NCBI GenBank assembly: GCA_031269795.1
Contig: JAISYR010000006.1
Span: 1 to 63,777, forward strand
Length of the DNA stretch: 63,777 bases
DNA from: Puniceicoccales bacterium
GTDB taxonomy: Bacteria > Verrucomicrobiota > Verrucomicrobiia > Opitutales > JAIRKQ01
Direction: 5' to 3'
Numbering within the stretch: position 1 is the first letter of the stretch; the number at the start of each line of letters is the position of its first letter. This document shows, one piece after another, positions 38,654-47,664 of the stretch. Both the position numbers and the translations under genes were made by a program. The notes beneath the pieces are model-generated. The model was not told the DNA's origin. It did not search any database and saw nothing but the letters and a program-made list of their open reading frames with translations.

Positions 38654-39211
38654 ATGGATTCTCGAATGAACAAGCCGTATTTTAGAAAATTATATGATGA
38701 ACGTATTTCCGCTGAACTTGCGAAGGAGTTTGCATTGAAAAATTGTCACCAAATTCCCAAATTGGAAAAAATAGTGATAAACTCAGCCATCAATGCCGAT
38801 GCTGATAAGACGTTAATCCAGGAAATTCAGAAAGAAATTTCACTAATAGCTGGACAGAAGTCCGTTCTGACGAAGGCCAAAAAAAGCATTTCAAACTTTA
38901 AATTGAGGAAAGGTATGACTGTGGGAGCAATGGTTACGTTGCGCGCCGGTAATATGTACGAGTTTTTGTCAAAATTGATCTTCATCACATTGCCTAAAAT
39001 TCGTGACTTCCGCGGTGTGTCCAACAGGATGGATGGACATGGAAATTACAATATGGGAATAAACGATCACACAATTTTCCCTGAGATAAATATAGACCGG
39101 GAAAGAAAGCTAGTTGGAATGGACATAACTTTCGTCACATCGGCCAATGATGATAAACAAGGACACGCTTTGTTGTCAAAATTTGGAATGCCATTTAGGA
39201 AAAAATCATAG
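38654..39211 (+). CDS. rplE: 50S ribosomal protein L5
   Basis: PKLEKIVINSAINADA, FKLRKGMTVGAMVTLRAGNMYEFL, RGVSNRMDGHGNYNMGI. An alternative ATG lies at 38666. Confidence 0.95.
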   Translation: MDSRMNKPYFRKLYDERISAELAKEFALKNCHQIPKLEKIVINSAINADADKTLIQEIQKEISLIAGQKSVLTKAKKSISNFKLRKGMTVGAMVTLRAGNMYEFLSKLIFITLPKIRDFRGVSNRMDGHGNYNMGINDHTIFPEINIDRERKLVGMDITFVTSANDDKQGHALLSKFGMPFRKKS

Positions 39212-39232
39212 AATTCGGAAAGTGTTTTACGT

Positions 39233-39538
39233 ATGGCAAAAAAATCTGCAATTGCTAGGAATAATAAAAGGATAAAGCTGGTAGCTCTCTACGCTAGACA
39301 GAGAAAGGAGTTAAAGCGTAAACTTCTGGATGTTAATTTGTCGGATGAAGAGTACTTCGATGCCCAAAGGAAACTGGCCAAGTTGCCGAGAAATTCTTCG
39401 AGGGTTAGGGTAAGGAATAGATGTGCCATAACTGGACGGGCAAGGGGATTTCATGGGTGGTTTGGAATTTCAAGATTGCAATTGAGAGATATGGCATCTT
39501 TTGGTGAAATTCCGGGAATAACAAAGTCATCGTGGTAA
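39233..39538 (+). CDS. rpsN: 30S ribosomal protein S14 (long, non-zinc form)
   Basis: MAKKSAIARNNKR..., RVRNRCAITGRARGF...ISRLQLRDMASFGEIPGITKSSW. Confidence 0.95.
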   Translation: MAKKSAIARNNKRIKLVALYARQRKELKRKLLDVNLSDEEYFDAQRKLAKLPRNSSRVRVRNRCAITGRARGFHGWFGISRLQLRDMASFGEIPGITKSSW

Positions 39539-39555
39539 TTTTGAGTGAGGAAAAA

Positions 39556-39945
39556 ATGGACGTTGTTGGTAATTTTATAACAATCTTGAGAAATGCTAGC
39601 AGAGCAAATAAAGCCAGCTGTTGCGTGCAATGGTCAGCTTTAAAAGATGGGATAGCAAAAATTTTTAAAGATAGAGGGTACATAAAGGATTTTGTGAAAG
39701 AACAAACGGCCGAGGGGCATGTGGTACTGAAAGTATTTTTGAAATATGTGAATGGGGTTGCCGCCATCACTGAAATTGGTAGAATTAGCAAGCCAGGTCG
39801 CCGTCAGTATGCTTCCAAGGAAAAAATTCCATCGATCCTAGGAGGGATGGGTGAGTGTGTTTTGTCTACTTCTAAGGGTATTTTATCGGGGAAAATAGCC
39901 AAGCAATTGGGAGTCGGTGGTGAGCTGATATGTTACGTTTTATAG
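39556..39945 (+). CDS. rpsH: 30S ribosomal protein S8
   Basis: MDVVGNFITILRNAS start and GGELICYV end. Track start 39532 overlaps rpsN. Confidence 0.93.
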   Translation: MDVVGNFITILRNASRANKASCCVQWSALKDGIAKIFKDRGYIKDFVKEQTAEGHVVLKVFLKYVNGVAAITEIGRISKPGRRQYASKEKIPSILGGMGECVLSTSKGILSGKIAKQLGVGGELICYVL

Positions 39946-39956
39946 GTGGATAGAAA

Positions 39957-40502
39957 ATGAGTAGGATAGGCAAGTCTCCCATATGTATTCCTTCGAAGGT
40001 GAAAGTTGTTATCGATGGCGGCCATGTAACTGTCGAGGGTCCATTGGGTAAAAACGAAAAAACTTTCGACAATTCTGTCATCATTAAACAGGTGGACGGT
40101 GAAATATGTGTGTGTTGCAGGGATGAAAATGATAAACATTCTTGCATGATGCATGGAACCGTTAGGTCGATAATCAATTCAATGGTGGTCGGCGTTATCA
40201 ACGGATATTCGAAGAATCTTGAAATAAGCGGTGTTGGATTTAAAGTGGTGATGAAAGGACAAAATATTTTGGACCTTAACCTTGGGTACTCCCACGACAT
40301 TCTATACACCATCCCAAATGGTATTAAACTCGAAATTGATCCATCGGGGACAAAGATTGCCGTGAAGGGTATTGATAAAAAACTTGTTGGTCAAGTGGCT
40401 GCCGACATAAAAAGGTTTCATCCCGTGGAGCCTTACAAAGGTAAAGGGGTTAGGATAGTAGGAGAATTTGTAAGACGCAAGGAAGGAAAGAAAACGGCAT
40501 AG
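39957..40502 (+). CDS. rplF: 50S ribosomal protein L6
   Basis: MSRIGKSPICIPSKVKV.IDGGHVTVEGPLG, EPYKGKGVR. Confidence 0.95.
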   Translation: MSRIGKSPICIPSKVKVVIDGGHVTVEGPLGKNEKTFDNSVIIKQVDGEICVCCRDENDKHSCMMHGTVRSIINSMVVGVINGYSKNLEISGVGFKVVMKGQNILDLNLGYSHDILYTIPNGIKLEIDPSGTKIAVKGIDKKLVGQVAADIKRFHPVEPYKGKGVRIVGEFVRRKEGKKTA

Positions 40503-40532
40503 TTAAATGGTGTTGTTCTGAGGATTAAGAAT

Positions 40533-40892
40533 ATGCAAATTAATAAAAAAGTACGCAGCGAGAAACGAAGAAAACGGGTCAGGAAGTGTGTTATTGGTAC
40601 TGCGGTAAGACCTAGGTTGTCTGTGAGATTTTCTGGAAAACATATCTATGCCCAGTGCGTAAATGATGAAATTGGGAGTACGTTGGTATTTTTAAGCACG
40701 TTGGCAAAGGAAGCAAAGGAACAAAAAGCAATTGCCAATGTTGCTGGAGCGGTTTTTTTGGGAAAAATATTTGGAGAAAAAGCTGTTTCTTTTGGAATAA
40801 AGCAGGTTGTGTTTGACAGAGGAGGACGAAAATATCATGGTTGTGTGCAAAGTTTTGCCGATGCAGTTCGTGGAGCGGGTTTGTTGTTTTAG
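40533..40892 (+). CDS. rplR: 50S ribosomal protein L18
   Basis: RPRLSVRFSGKHIYAQ, VVFDRGGRKYHGCVQSFADAVRGAGL.F. Confidence 0.95.
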   Translation: MQINKKVRSEKRRKRVRKCVIGTAVRPRLSVRFSGKHIYAQCVNDEIGSTLVFLSTLAKEAKEQKAIANVAGAVFLGKIFGEKAVSFGIKQVVFDRGGRKYHGCVQSFADAVRGAGLLF

Positions 40893-40907
40893 TATGTAGG
40901 TTAAAAT

Positions 40908-41471
40908 ATGAGTGATTTTAGAAAATCGGAAAAAAAGGCCAATAATTTTCGCAAAAAGCAGAGGAATGACGCTGGTCATTCGCCAAAGGCTGAGCGTGGG
41001 GAGTTGAAAGAAAAGGTTATTCATGTAAACCGTTGCGCAAAGGTAGTCAAGGGAGGTAGACGGTTCGGATTCACCGCATTGGTTGTCGTCGGAGATCAAA
41101 AGGGAAGAATAGGGGTCGGATACGGAAAGGCAAAGGAAGTACCTGAAGCGATTAGAAAAGGGACCGAACGGGCAAAAAAAAATATAACATCATTTCAATT
41201 AAATGAAACTACCGTTCCCCATATGGCCCTAGGTGTTTCCGATGGAGGCCGTGTTTTATTACGCCCAGCAGCCCCAGGTACGGGCGTCATTGCCGGTGGT
41301 GGAGTTCGTGCCGTTCTTGAAGTGTTGGGCATAAAAGATGTGTTGACGAAATCGATGGGGTCGAATAATCAGATTGCAGTGGTCAATGCAACCTTGGATG
41401 CGCTAGGGAAGATGCGGAGCTATGCGCTAATCAAACAGATACGAACCGCGGTTGGAGATGAAATCGTATGA
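40908..41471 (+). CDS. rpsE: 30S ribosomal protein S5
   Basis: [49 protein letters not shown]. Confidence 0.96.
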   Translation: MSDFRKSEKKANNFRKKQRNDAGHSPKAERGELKEKVIHVNRCAKVVKGGRRFGFTALVVVGDQKGRIGVGYGKAKEVPEAIRKGTERAKKNITSFQLNETTVPHMALGVSDGGRVLLRPAAPGTGVIAGGGVRAVLEVLGIKDVLTKSMGSNNQIAVVNATLDALGKMRSYALIKQIRTAVGDEIV

Positions 41472-41484
41472 AAGGATTTAATCA

Positions 41485-41940
41485 ATGAAACTCAATGAAT
41501 TGCCAAAGATTTTAGCTTACTCAAAGAATACCAAGCGGCGAGGTAAAGGGGTTGGTTCCGGTCAGGGGAAAACTGCGGGGCGAGGCCATAAGGGAGGCAA
41601 AGCCCGTGCTGGATATAGCCCGGCGCCATGTTGCAGTGGTATTCCATTTTACAGACATTTTCCAATCCGTGGATTTTCCAATGCAAGTTTTCGTGTACCA
41701 TTCACCATCGTGAGTTTACAACACCTCGTCGATCTTCAACTTGATACCGTGGATAAGCCATGTATGCAACGGCGGGGATTGATCAAAAACAGTAAAATCT
41801 TGGTTAAAATTCTTGGAGGTGTAACACTTTCCAAACCAATTACGGTGATTGCCGATAAATTTTCTAAAAGTGCCATTGAAGCCATAGAAAATGCAGGGGG
41901 TAAGGCCGTGATTTTGTTGGATGAATCGCAGAAAAAATAA
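41485..41940 (+). CDS. rplO: 50S ribosomal protein L15
   Basis: KRRGKGVGSGQGKTAGRGHKGGKAR. Starts 13 nt after rpsE, leaving no room for rpmD. Confidence 0.95.
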   Translation: MKLNELPKILAYSKNTKRRGKGVGSGQGKTAGRGHKGGKARAGYSPAPCCSGIPFYRHFPIRGFSNASFRVPFTIVSLQHLVDLQLDTVDKPCMQRRGLIKNSKILVKILGGVTLSKPITVIADKFSKSAIEAIENAGGKAVILLDESQKK

Positions 41941-41952
41941 TGGTGATGTAAG

Positions 41953-43452
41953 ATGTTATCAGCTTTTGCAAATTGCTTTAAAATCACAGATCTGCGCAAT
42001 AGGATTCTTATTACGCTGGCCTTGTTATTTGTTGCCCGCGTTGGGGCAAGTATTCCGTTACCCGGTTTGGATCCATTGCCGCTTACAAATTTTATGATGT
42101 CCAAAGCATCTGCATCGGGTGGAATAATGGACCTCTACAATATGTTTACGGGAGGAGCTCTATTAAAAGGGGCCATATTTGGGCTTGGCATCATGCCCTA
42201 CATAAGTGCATCCATTATCATGCAGCTTCTAGGGGCCATAAATCCAGCATTGGCCAGGTTGCAACATGAGGGAGAAGTGGGTAAACAAAAAATAGCACAA
42301 TATACCCGTTATTTGACAGTTGTCGTTTGTTTTATTCAAGGATGGCTGTTAGTTATGGCCCTGGCCAATTATCCCGACAAGCTTTTCTATGGGTTTAGTG
42401 CCAATCAGTACGGCAATATTATCATAAAAGATGGCGTGTCCTTTTTCATAACGTCCACAATATTTTTGACAACCGGTACGTTAATTTTGGTCTGGATCGG
42501 AGAACAAATTTCCCAGGTCGGCATAGGGAATGGCATTTCCCTCCTCATAGCTGCAGGGATTTTATCCTCAATGCCAGGAGCTATTATCCAGGCGGTCAAA
42601 ATGTTCAAAATCTCCGCAGGAATGCCAAAGATTTTCGGCCTATGGCATGGGGTACTGATGCTAACACTATTAATTTCTGTGGTAGCTCTTATGATATCTG
42701 TTACCCAGGCGGACAGGAAAATCCCAGTGCAATATGTTTCTCGCATAGTTGGGCGTAAAATGTACACGGGGCAATCCTCCTATCTTCCCTTAAAAATCAA
42801 CTATTCCGGAGTCATGCCGGTAATCTTCGCAAGTGCCATATTACTTTTCCCTCAACAAATTTTTGCCTATGTGGGAGCTGCAACGGGCATAAGGTTTTTT
42901 CAAAAAGCTTCCATGGTTTTGAGCCATGGTTCAACCACCTATTACATTTTGTATGGTTTGCTCATTTTGTGTTTTAGCTATTTTTGGGTATCGATAATGT
43001 TTCGACCTGCCCAAATAGCGGATGAATTGAAAAAGAACGGAGGGTATGTCCCGGGGATTAAGCCGGGGGATTCCACGGCAACATTTTTAGACTTTGTCAT
43101 GACCCGTTTGACGTTTGCGGGAGCGGTATTTCTGACAGCAGTAGCATTATTACCGGACCTGCTATTTTTTTCATTTGGCATTTCCTATTCCATTGCTTTG
43201 TTTTTTGGGGGAACGGGGACGTTGATTTCGGTTGGTGTTGTCCTTGATATCATGAAGCAGATAGAAGGTTATCTGTTGCAAAAAAATTATGACGGGTTTC
43301 TAAAAAAGATAAAGGTTCGGACGAATAGTAAGATTGAATCTCCGGACAATGTTTCCAAGGCTCGTAGGATTATTTATATCGCCATGGCTGTCCTATTGGG
43401 AATAATTATTACGTGGGTCGTCGTTTGCCACGGGAAGGGGCATTGCAGATGA
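41953..43452 (+). CDS. secY: Preprotein translocase subunit SecY, with a ~47-aa C-terminal extension
   Basis: LRNRILITLALLFVARVGASIPLPG, GIMPYISASIIMQLL, and 10 core TM helices. An extra hydrophobic helix (IIYIAMAVLLGIIITWVVVC) follows the usual end. Confidence 0.95.
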   Translation: MLSAFANCFKITDLRNRILITLALLFVARVGASIPLPGLDPLPLTNFMMSKASASGGIMDLYNMFTGGALLKGAIFGLGIMPYISASIIMQLLGAINPALARLQHEGEVGKQKIAQYTRYLTVVVCFIQGWLLVMALANYPDKLFYGFSANQYGNIIIKDGVSFFITSTIFLTTGTLILVWIGEQISQVGIGNGISLLIAAGILSSMPGAIIQAVKMFKISAGMPKIFGLWHGVLMLTLLISVVALMISVTQADRKIPVQYVSRIVGRKMYTGQSSYLPLKINYSGVMPVIFASAILLFPQQIFAYVGAATGIRFFQKASMVLSHGSTTYYILYGLLILCFSYFWVSIMFRPAQIADELKKNGGYVPGIKPGDSTATFLDFVMTRLTFAGAVFLTAVALLPDLLFFSFGISYSIALFFGGTGTLISVGVVLDIMKQIEGYLLQKNYDGFLKKIKVRTNSKIESPDNVSKARRIIYIAMAVLLGIIITWVVVCHGKGHCR

Positions 43453-44219
43453 TTACGATAAAGACAGAAGAGGAGATTGTGAAAATGCGTTCGGCAGGTG
43501 CGGTAGCTGCTAGAATTTTGCATGCAATGGCTGAATATGCCGATGTGGGAGTTAATACCTATGATTTGGATTGTTTCGGGCGGGACTTGATGATGGAACT
43601 CGGAGCTCAAAGCGCCAGTTTCTACTATCATCCCAGCGGTAGGAGTCCATACCCGGCCTATTCTTGTATCTCCCTAAACGACGAAGTCGTCCATGGCATC
43701 CCTTCCAAAAGTGTATTTTTAAAAAATGGAGACATAGTTAGCATAGATGTTGCCGTATTTTACGATGGATATGTCGGAGACAATACGAAAACCGTGCGCA
43801 TAGGGAATGTTTCGAAGGAAGTTGATCGATTTGTCAGGGTAGCGGAAGAAGCCTTGGATCTTGGCATTGCCCAGGCGATTGCTGGCAACAGGGTCGGAGA
43901 TATTTCCCATGCCATAGAAAAACATGCCAAAAAAAATAGGTACGGCATTTTGAGGGATTTTGTGGGCCACGGGGTCGGCAGAAACATGCATGAAGATCCA
44001 CAAATTCCAAACTTTGGTCCTCCCGGAAAAGGACCAGTTTTGAAACCCGGAATGACATTGGCCATAGAACCAATGTTTACCTTTGGTAGTGAAAAAGTTT
44101 TTATCGCCGATGATGGTTGGACGGTTAAAACTGTGGATGGAAAACTGGCCGTTCACTGTGAACATACAATTTTAGTCACCGAGACTTTGCCAGAAATCTT
44201 GACTTTAGATAAAAAATGA
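43449..44219 (+). CDS. map: Methionine aminopeptidase type I
   Basis: MITIKTEEEIVKMRSAG, DIVSIDVAVFYDGYVGD, GHGVGRNMHE, AIEPM, HCEHT. ATGA overlap with the secY stop. Confidence 0.93.
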   Translation: MITIKTEEEIVKMRSAGAVAARILHAMAEYADVGVNTYDLDCFGRDLMMELGAQSASFYYHPSGRSPYPAYSCISLNDEVVHGIPSKSVFLKNGDIVSIDVAVFYDGYVGDNTKTVRIGNVSKEVDRFVRVAEEALDLGIAQAIAGNRVGDISHAIEKHAKKNRYGILRDFVGHGVGRNMHEDPQIPNFGPPGKGPVLKPGMTLAIEPMFTFGSEKVFIADDGWTVKTVDGKLAVHCEHTILVTETLPEILTLDKK

Positions 44220-44261
44220 TTTTGGAATTCGATTTGTTAAAAATTTTAATGGTAAGAGATT

Positions 44262-44642
44262 ATGCCCCGTATTTTAGGAGTTGACATACCCGATGGTAAA
44301 AAAGTTGGCTATGCATTACAGTATATTCAAGGAATAGGTCCTGCCCGTGCGGCAATGATATTGGAAGCGACGGGAATCGTTACCGATATGCGTGCCCGTG
44401 AATTGAACGAAGAGCATATCAATAAGATTACTTCTTTTATCAATTCTGCCGGATGGAAGATAGAAGGTGACCTGCGCAGGGAAATCGTGGCAAATTTAAA
44501 AAGGTTACAGGCCATAAAGTGCTACCGTGGGTTGAGGCATTACAAAGGATTACCAGTTAGAGGGCAGAGAACGTCGACAAATGCACGTACCAGAAAAGGT
44601 GCCCGCAAGACAGTTGGAGTTATGAAAAAAGAAACAAAATAA
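44262..44642 (+). CDS. rpsM: 30S ribosomal protein S13
   Basis: MPRILGVDIPDGKKVGYALQYIQGIGPARA, YRGLRHYKGLPVRGQRT.TNARTRKG. Confidence 0.97.
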   Translation: MPRILGVDIPDGKKVGYALQYIQGIGPARAAMILEATGIVTDMRARELNEEHINKITSFINSAGWKIEGDLRREIVANLKRLQAIKCYRGLRHYKGLPVRGQRTSTNARTRKGARKTVGVMKKETK

Positions 44643-44666
44643 TTGGAATAAAAAGGATCTAGGTAA

Positions 44667-45134
44667 ATGAGCGAAGATAAAGATAATGATGCAAAAGTTG
44701 CTACCACGGAAGAAAAAGGTGAGAAGGCTGCTTCCCTATTCGACGACGTTGTTGACACAACGGTAAGAAAGGCAAAAAAGTGTAAAAATATTACCAAGGG
44801 AATTTGTAATATTTTGGCCACATTTAACAACACGAAGGTATCCTTTGCGAGCCCAAATGGCAGCATAATTTCATGGGCCAGTGCGGGGAAATGCAATTTT
44901 CGTGGATCTAGAAAATCAACGGCCTATGCAGCCCAAATGGCCGTACAGGATGCCGGCAAAACAGCAATGTCACATGGGATGAAAGAAGTTAGCATAAAGG
45001 TTAAGGGACCTGGTATGGGACGCGATGCTGCGATTAGGACGGTTCAAGCATTGGGTCTCGTCATCGATGAAATTATTGATGTCACCCCAATTCCCCACAA
45101 TGGGTGTCGTCCAAGAAAAGCAAGAAGGCCTTAG
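44667..45134 (+). CDS. rpsK: 30S ribosomal protein S11, with an acidic N-terminal extension
   Basis: ATFNNTKVSFASPNGSIISWASAGKCNFRGSRKSTAYAAQ, PIPHNGCRPRKARR. About 25 extra N-terminal aa, and no internal Met that could serve as a later start. Confidence 0.95.
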   Translation: MSEDKDNDAKVATTEEKGEKAASLFDDVVDTTVRKAKKCKNITKGICNILATFNNTKVSFASPNGSIISWASAGKCNFRGSRKSTAYAAQMAVQDAGKTAMSHGMKEVSIKVKGPGMGRDAAIRTVQALGLVIDEIIDVTPIPHNGCRPRKARRP

Positions 45135-45161
45135 CCTCGAAACATTTAGGAGTTTTTATTT

Positions 45162-45770
45162 ATGGCAAGATATATAGGTCCAAGGGCTAGAATCAATCGA
45201 AGATTTGCGATGTCGGTTTTCCCTCCCGGGAATGCGGAGGAAAGAAAACCGTACATTCCCGGTATGCATGGGCCCCGTTTGCGTCGTAAGGTTTCAGATT
45301 ATTCGATTGGGTTTATGGAAAAACAAAAAGTCCGCTACATGTATGGATTGACGGAGAAGCAATTTCGGTTATATTTTAAGATTGCCAAAGGGCGACCTGG
45401 GATCACAGGGGTTGCTTTCTTGAAATTGCTTGAAATGAGGTTGGATAATGTTATTTATAACTTTGGAATTGCCAGGAGTCGTGCCGCAGCTAGACAATTT
45501 GTCACCCATGGCCATGTGCATGTAAATGGAAAAAAAGTTAATATTCCGAGCTATATTTGTAGGGCTGGTGAAGCTGTAGAAATTGCCGAAAGGTCTTCAT
45601 CCCGTCAAATTGTTGTGCGTAATTGCGAATTAAATCGTGCCCGTAGTGTTCCCGCGTGGCTTGAATTCAATTCAGCGTTGTTGCGTGGTATGGTAAACCG
45701 TGAGCCAGAGCGTGAGGAAATTTCGCAGGAGATAAATGAACAACTCATCGTTGAATTTTATAGTCGTTAA
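45162..45770 (+). CDS. rpsD: 30S ribosomal protein S4
   Basis: MARYIGPRARINRRF, LEMRLDNVIYNFGIARSRAAARQFVTHGHVHVNGKKVNIPSY. Confidence 0.96.
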   Translation: MARYIGPRARINRRFAMSVFPPGNAEERKPYIPGMHGPRLRRKVSDYSIGFMEKQKVRYMYGLTEKQFRLYFKIAKGRPGITGVAFLKLLEMRLDNVIYNFGIARSRAAARQFVTHGHVHVNGKKVNIPSYICRAGEAVEIAERSSSRQIVVRNCELNRARSVPAWLEFNSALLRGMVNREPEREEISQEINEQLIVEFYSR

Positions 45771-45795
45771 TTTTTAGTTTTTTGGAAAAATTTTT

Positions 45796-46776
45796 ATGAA
45801 GGTGTTGCATCAATTTGAATTGCCCGATAAGCTGTATAAGGTTGAACAAACTGCGACAGATACCTATGCTATGTTTGTTGCTGAGCCATTTGAGGCAGGT
45901 TTCGCCCATAGCCTTGGCAATGCATTGCGCAGGATCCTACTAAGTTCCATAGAGGGAGCTGCGGTGGTTGCTGTTACGATAGATGGTGTTAGCCATGAAT
46001 TTCAAAGTGTTCCCGGCATAAAGGAAGATATCACCGATATCATCCTGAATATAAAAAGGGTTTTATTCAAAAAGGAAGGTAACGAATCACTTATTCTCAC
46101 CATTGACGTTAATCGTGAAGGGCCCGTGCTTGCTAGTGATATCGTCGGCGATGGAACATTTGAAATCTTAAATCCGGATCAGATCATTTGTACCCTGGAT
46201 AAAAAACAGAAATTTACTGCACAGCTTGAATTGCGGGTTGGCCGTGGGTACTTTCTCGGATCACAACATGAGCGGCGAGCGGAAATAGGTCTTCTTCCCG
46301 TGGATGCGTTGTTCAGTCCGGTTACTCTTGCCAAGTATACCGTTGAAGATACCCGTGTTGGTCAAATCACAGACTACGATAAGTTGGTTTTGGAAATTTG
46401 GACCGATGGAAGAATTACACCTTCCGAATCTCTTAAAGAAGCTGCCACCGTTTTGCGACGACATTTGGAGATATTCGATACGGCCGCTGCGGGAGATATA
46501 GCCTTTGAGGATGCTAACAAGGAAGCCGATGATGACCAAAATCGTCTCCACAAACTTCTTAACATGAGCGTCAATGAGATTGAGTTGTCCGTTCGAGCTG
46601 CAAATTGTCTAAACAATGCTAATATTATGACAGTCGGCGAGTTGGTTATGAAGACGGAAGCTGAAATGTTGAGGTATAGAAATTTTGGTAAAAAATCTTT
46701 GAATGAGATCAAAGAAAAAATGGAAGAGATTGGGCTCTCGCTTGGAATGAAAATAGAGGAGCGTTTGCTGGGATAG
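45796..46776 (+). CDS. rpoA: DNA-directed RNA polymerase alpha subunit
   Basis: GFAHSLGNALRRILLSSIEGAAV and C-terminal domain ELSVRAANCLNNANIMTVGELV...RNFGKKSLNEI. Confidence 0.96.
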   Translation: MKVLHQFELPDKLYKVEQTATDTYAMFVAEPFEAGFAHSLGNALRRILLSSIEGAAVVAVTIDGVSHEFQSVPGIKEDITDIILNIKRVLFKKEGNESLILTIDVNREGPVLASDIVGDGTFEILNPDQIICTLDKKQKFTAQLELRVGRGYFLGSQHERRAEIGLLPVDALFSPVTLAKYTVEDTRVGQITDYDKLVLEIWTDGRITPSESLKEAATVLRRHLEIFDTAAAGDIAFEDANKEADDDQNRLHKLLNMSVNEIELSVRAANCLNNANIMTVGELVMKTEAEMLRYRNFGKKSLNEIKEKMEEIGLSLGMKIEERLLG

Positions 46777-46812
46777 GTAAGGATTCAATTTTAATATAGC
46801 TTTAAGGAGAAA

Positions 46813-47364
46813 ATGCGTCACGGAAAACATAGATTTTTATTGGGTTGTACGAAAGAACATCGCGAAGCCCTGATGGCAAACCTGGCATCAGCGTTGTTGC
46901 GCCATGGGAAAATAGAAACCACTTTGGCGAAAGCAAAAGCACTACGTCCGTTCGTCGAAAAAATAATCACAATGGCAAAAAAAGCCTATCTGGCTGAGGA
47001 TTCGGCCCAGAAGTTACACTATCGCCGTATGGCAATCGCTCGGATAAAAGATGAAGATGCTGTAGCTACCTTATTCAACGACAGGGCAAGTGAATTTATC
47101 AAAAGAAATGGTGGATATTCGCGGATTTATAAACTCATGCCCCGCACGGGTGATGCTGCTAAAATGGCTATTATAGAATTGGTTCTCGGTGATGATGTTG
47201 GCTACGCTAAATCGAAGAAGCGAAATGCTGCGAAGGCAAAGAAACCCACTCCGTCCAAAAGATCCAAACAGGAACAAAAAATAGTTTCCGATGCGGCCGG
47301 AGCAGAAACAACTACCATTCCCGACCAAAGCGGGTCAGAAGCCGCCACCACCGAGAAAGAATAG
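46813..47364 (+). CDS. rplQ: 50S ribosomal protein L17, with a Lys/Ser/Ala-rich C-terminal extension
   Basis: MRHGKHRFLLGCTKEHREALMANLASALLRHGKIETTLAKAKALRPFVEKIIT. About 60 extra C-terminal aa. Confidence 0.95.
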   Translation: MRHGKHRFLLGCTKEHREALMANLASALLRHGKIETTLAKAKALRPFVEKIITMAKKAYLAEDSAQKLHYRRMAIARIKDEDAVATLFNDRASEFIKRNGGYSRIYKLMPRTGDAAKMAIIELVLGDDVGYAKSKKRNAAKAKKPTPSKRSKQEQKIVSDAAGAETTTIPDQSGSEAATTEKE

Positions 47365-47374
47365 ATAAAGTTGT

Positions 47375-47587
47375 ATGGTTTTTTGTGATTTTTCTTTGCT
47401 GTTGTCAAGCGGTGCCATGGTTTTGACATTGTTGATAATCGAAGTTAGTGAAAAGGCGCTATATCTAAAAGGAAACAATCGATTGTTTTGGTGTAAAAAG
47501 TGTGGAGAATTTTATCTAAACAAATCGGATGTTGAAATTTGCGAATGTCCAATGTGCGGGGCAAAAAATACCAAGCTATCGTTTTAA
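47375..47587 (+). CDS. Small zinc-ribbon protein (hypothetical)
   Basis: CKKCGEFY...ICECPMCGAKNTK gives a CxxC-N15-CxxC ribbon. Starts 10 nt after the rplQ stop; an internal ATG at 47417 is an alternative start. Confidence 0.35.
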   Translation: MVFCDFSLLLSSGAMVLTLLIIEVSEKALYLKGNNRLFWCKKCGEFYLNKSDVEICECPMCGAKNTKLSF

Positions 47588-47664
47588 AACGGCATGATAT
47601 GCATGTCTTTATTTTCAAAGTAAAATAAATCGTTTTTATCTGTAACATTAGGTTATTTCGACCA

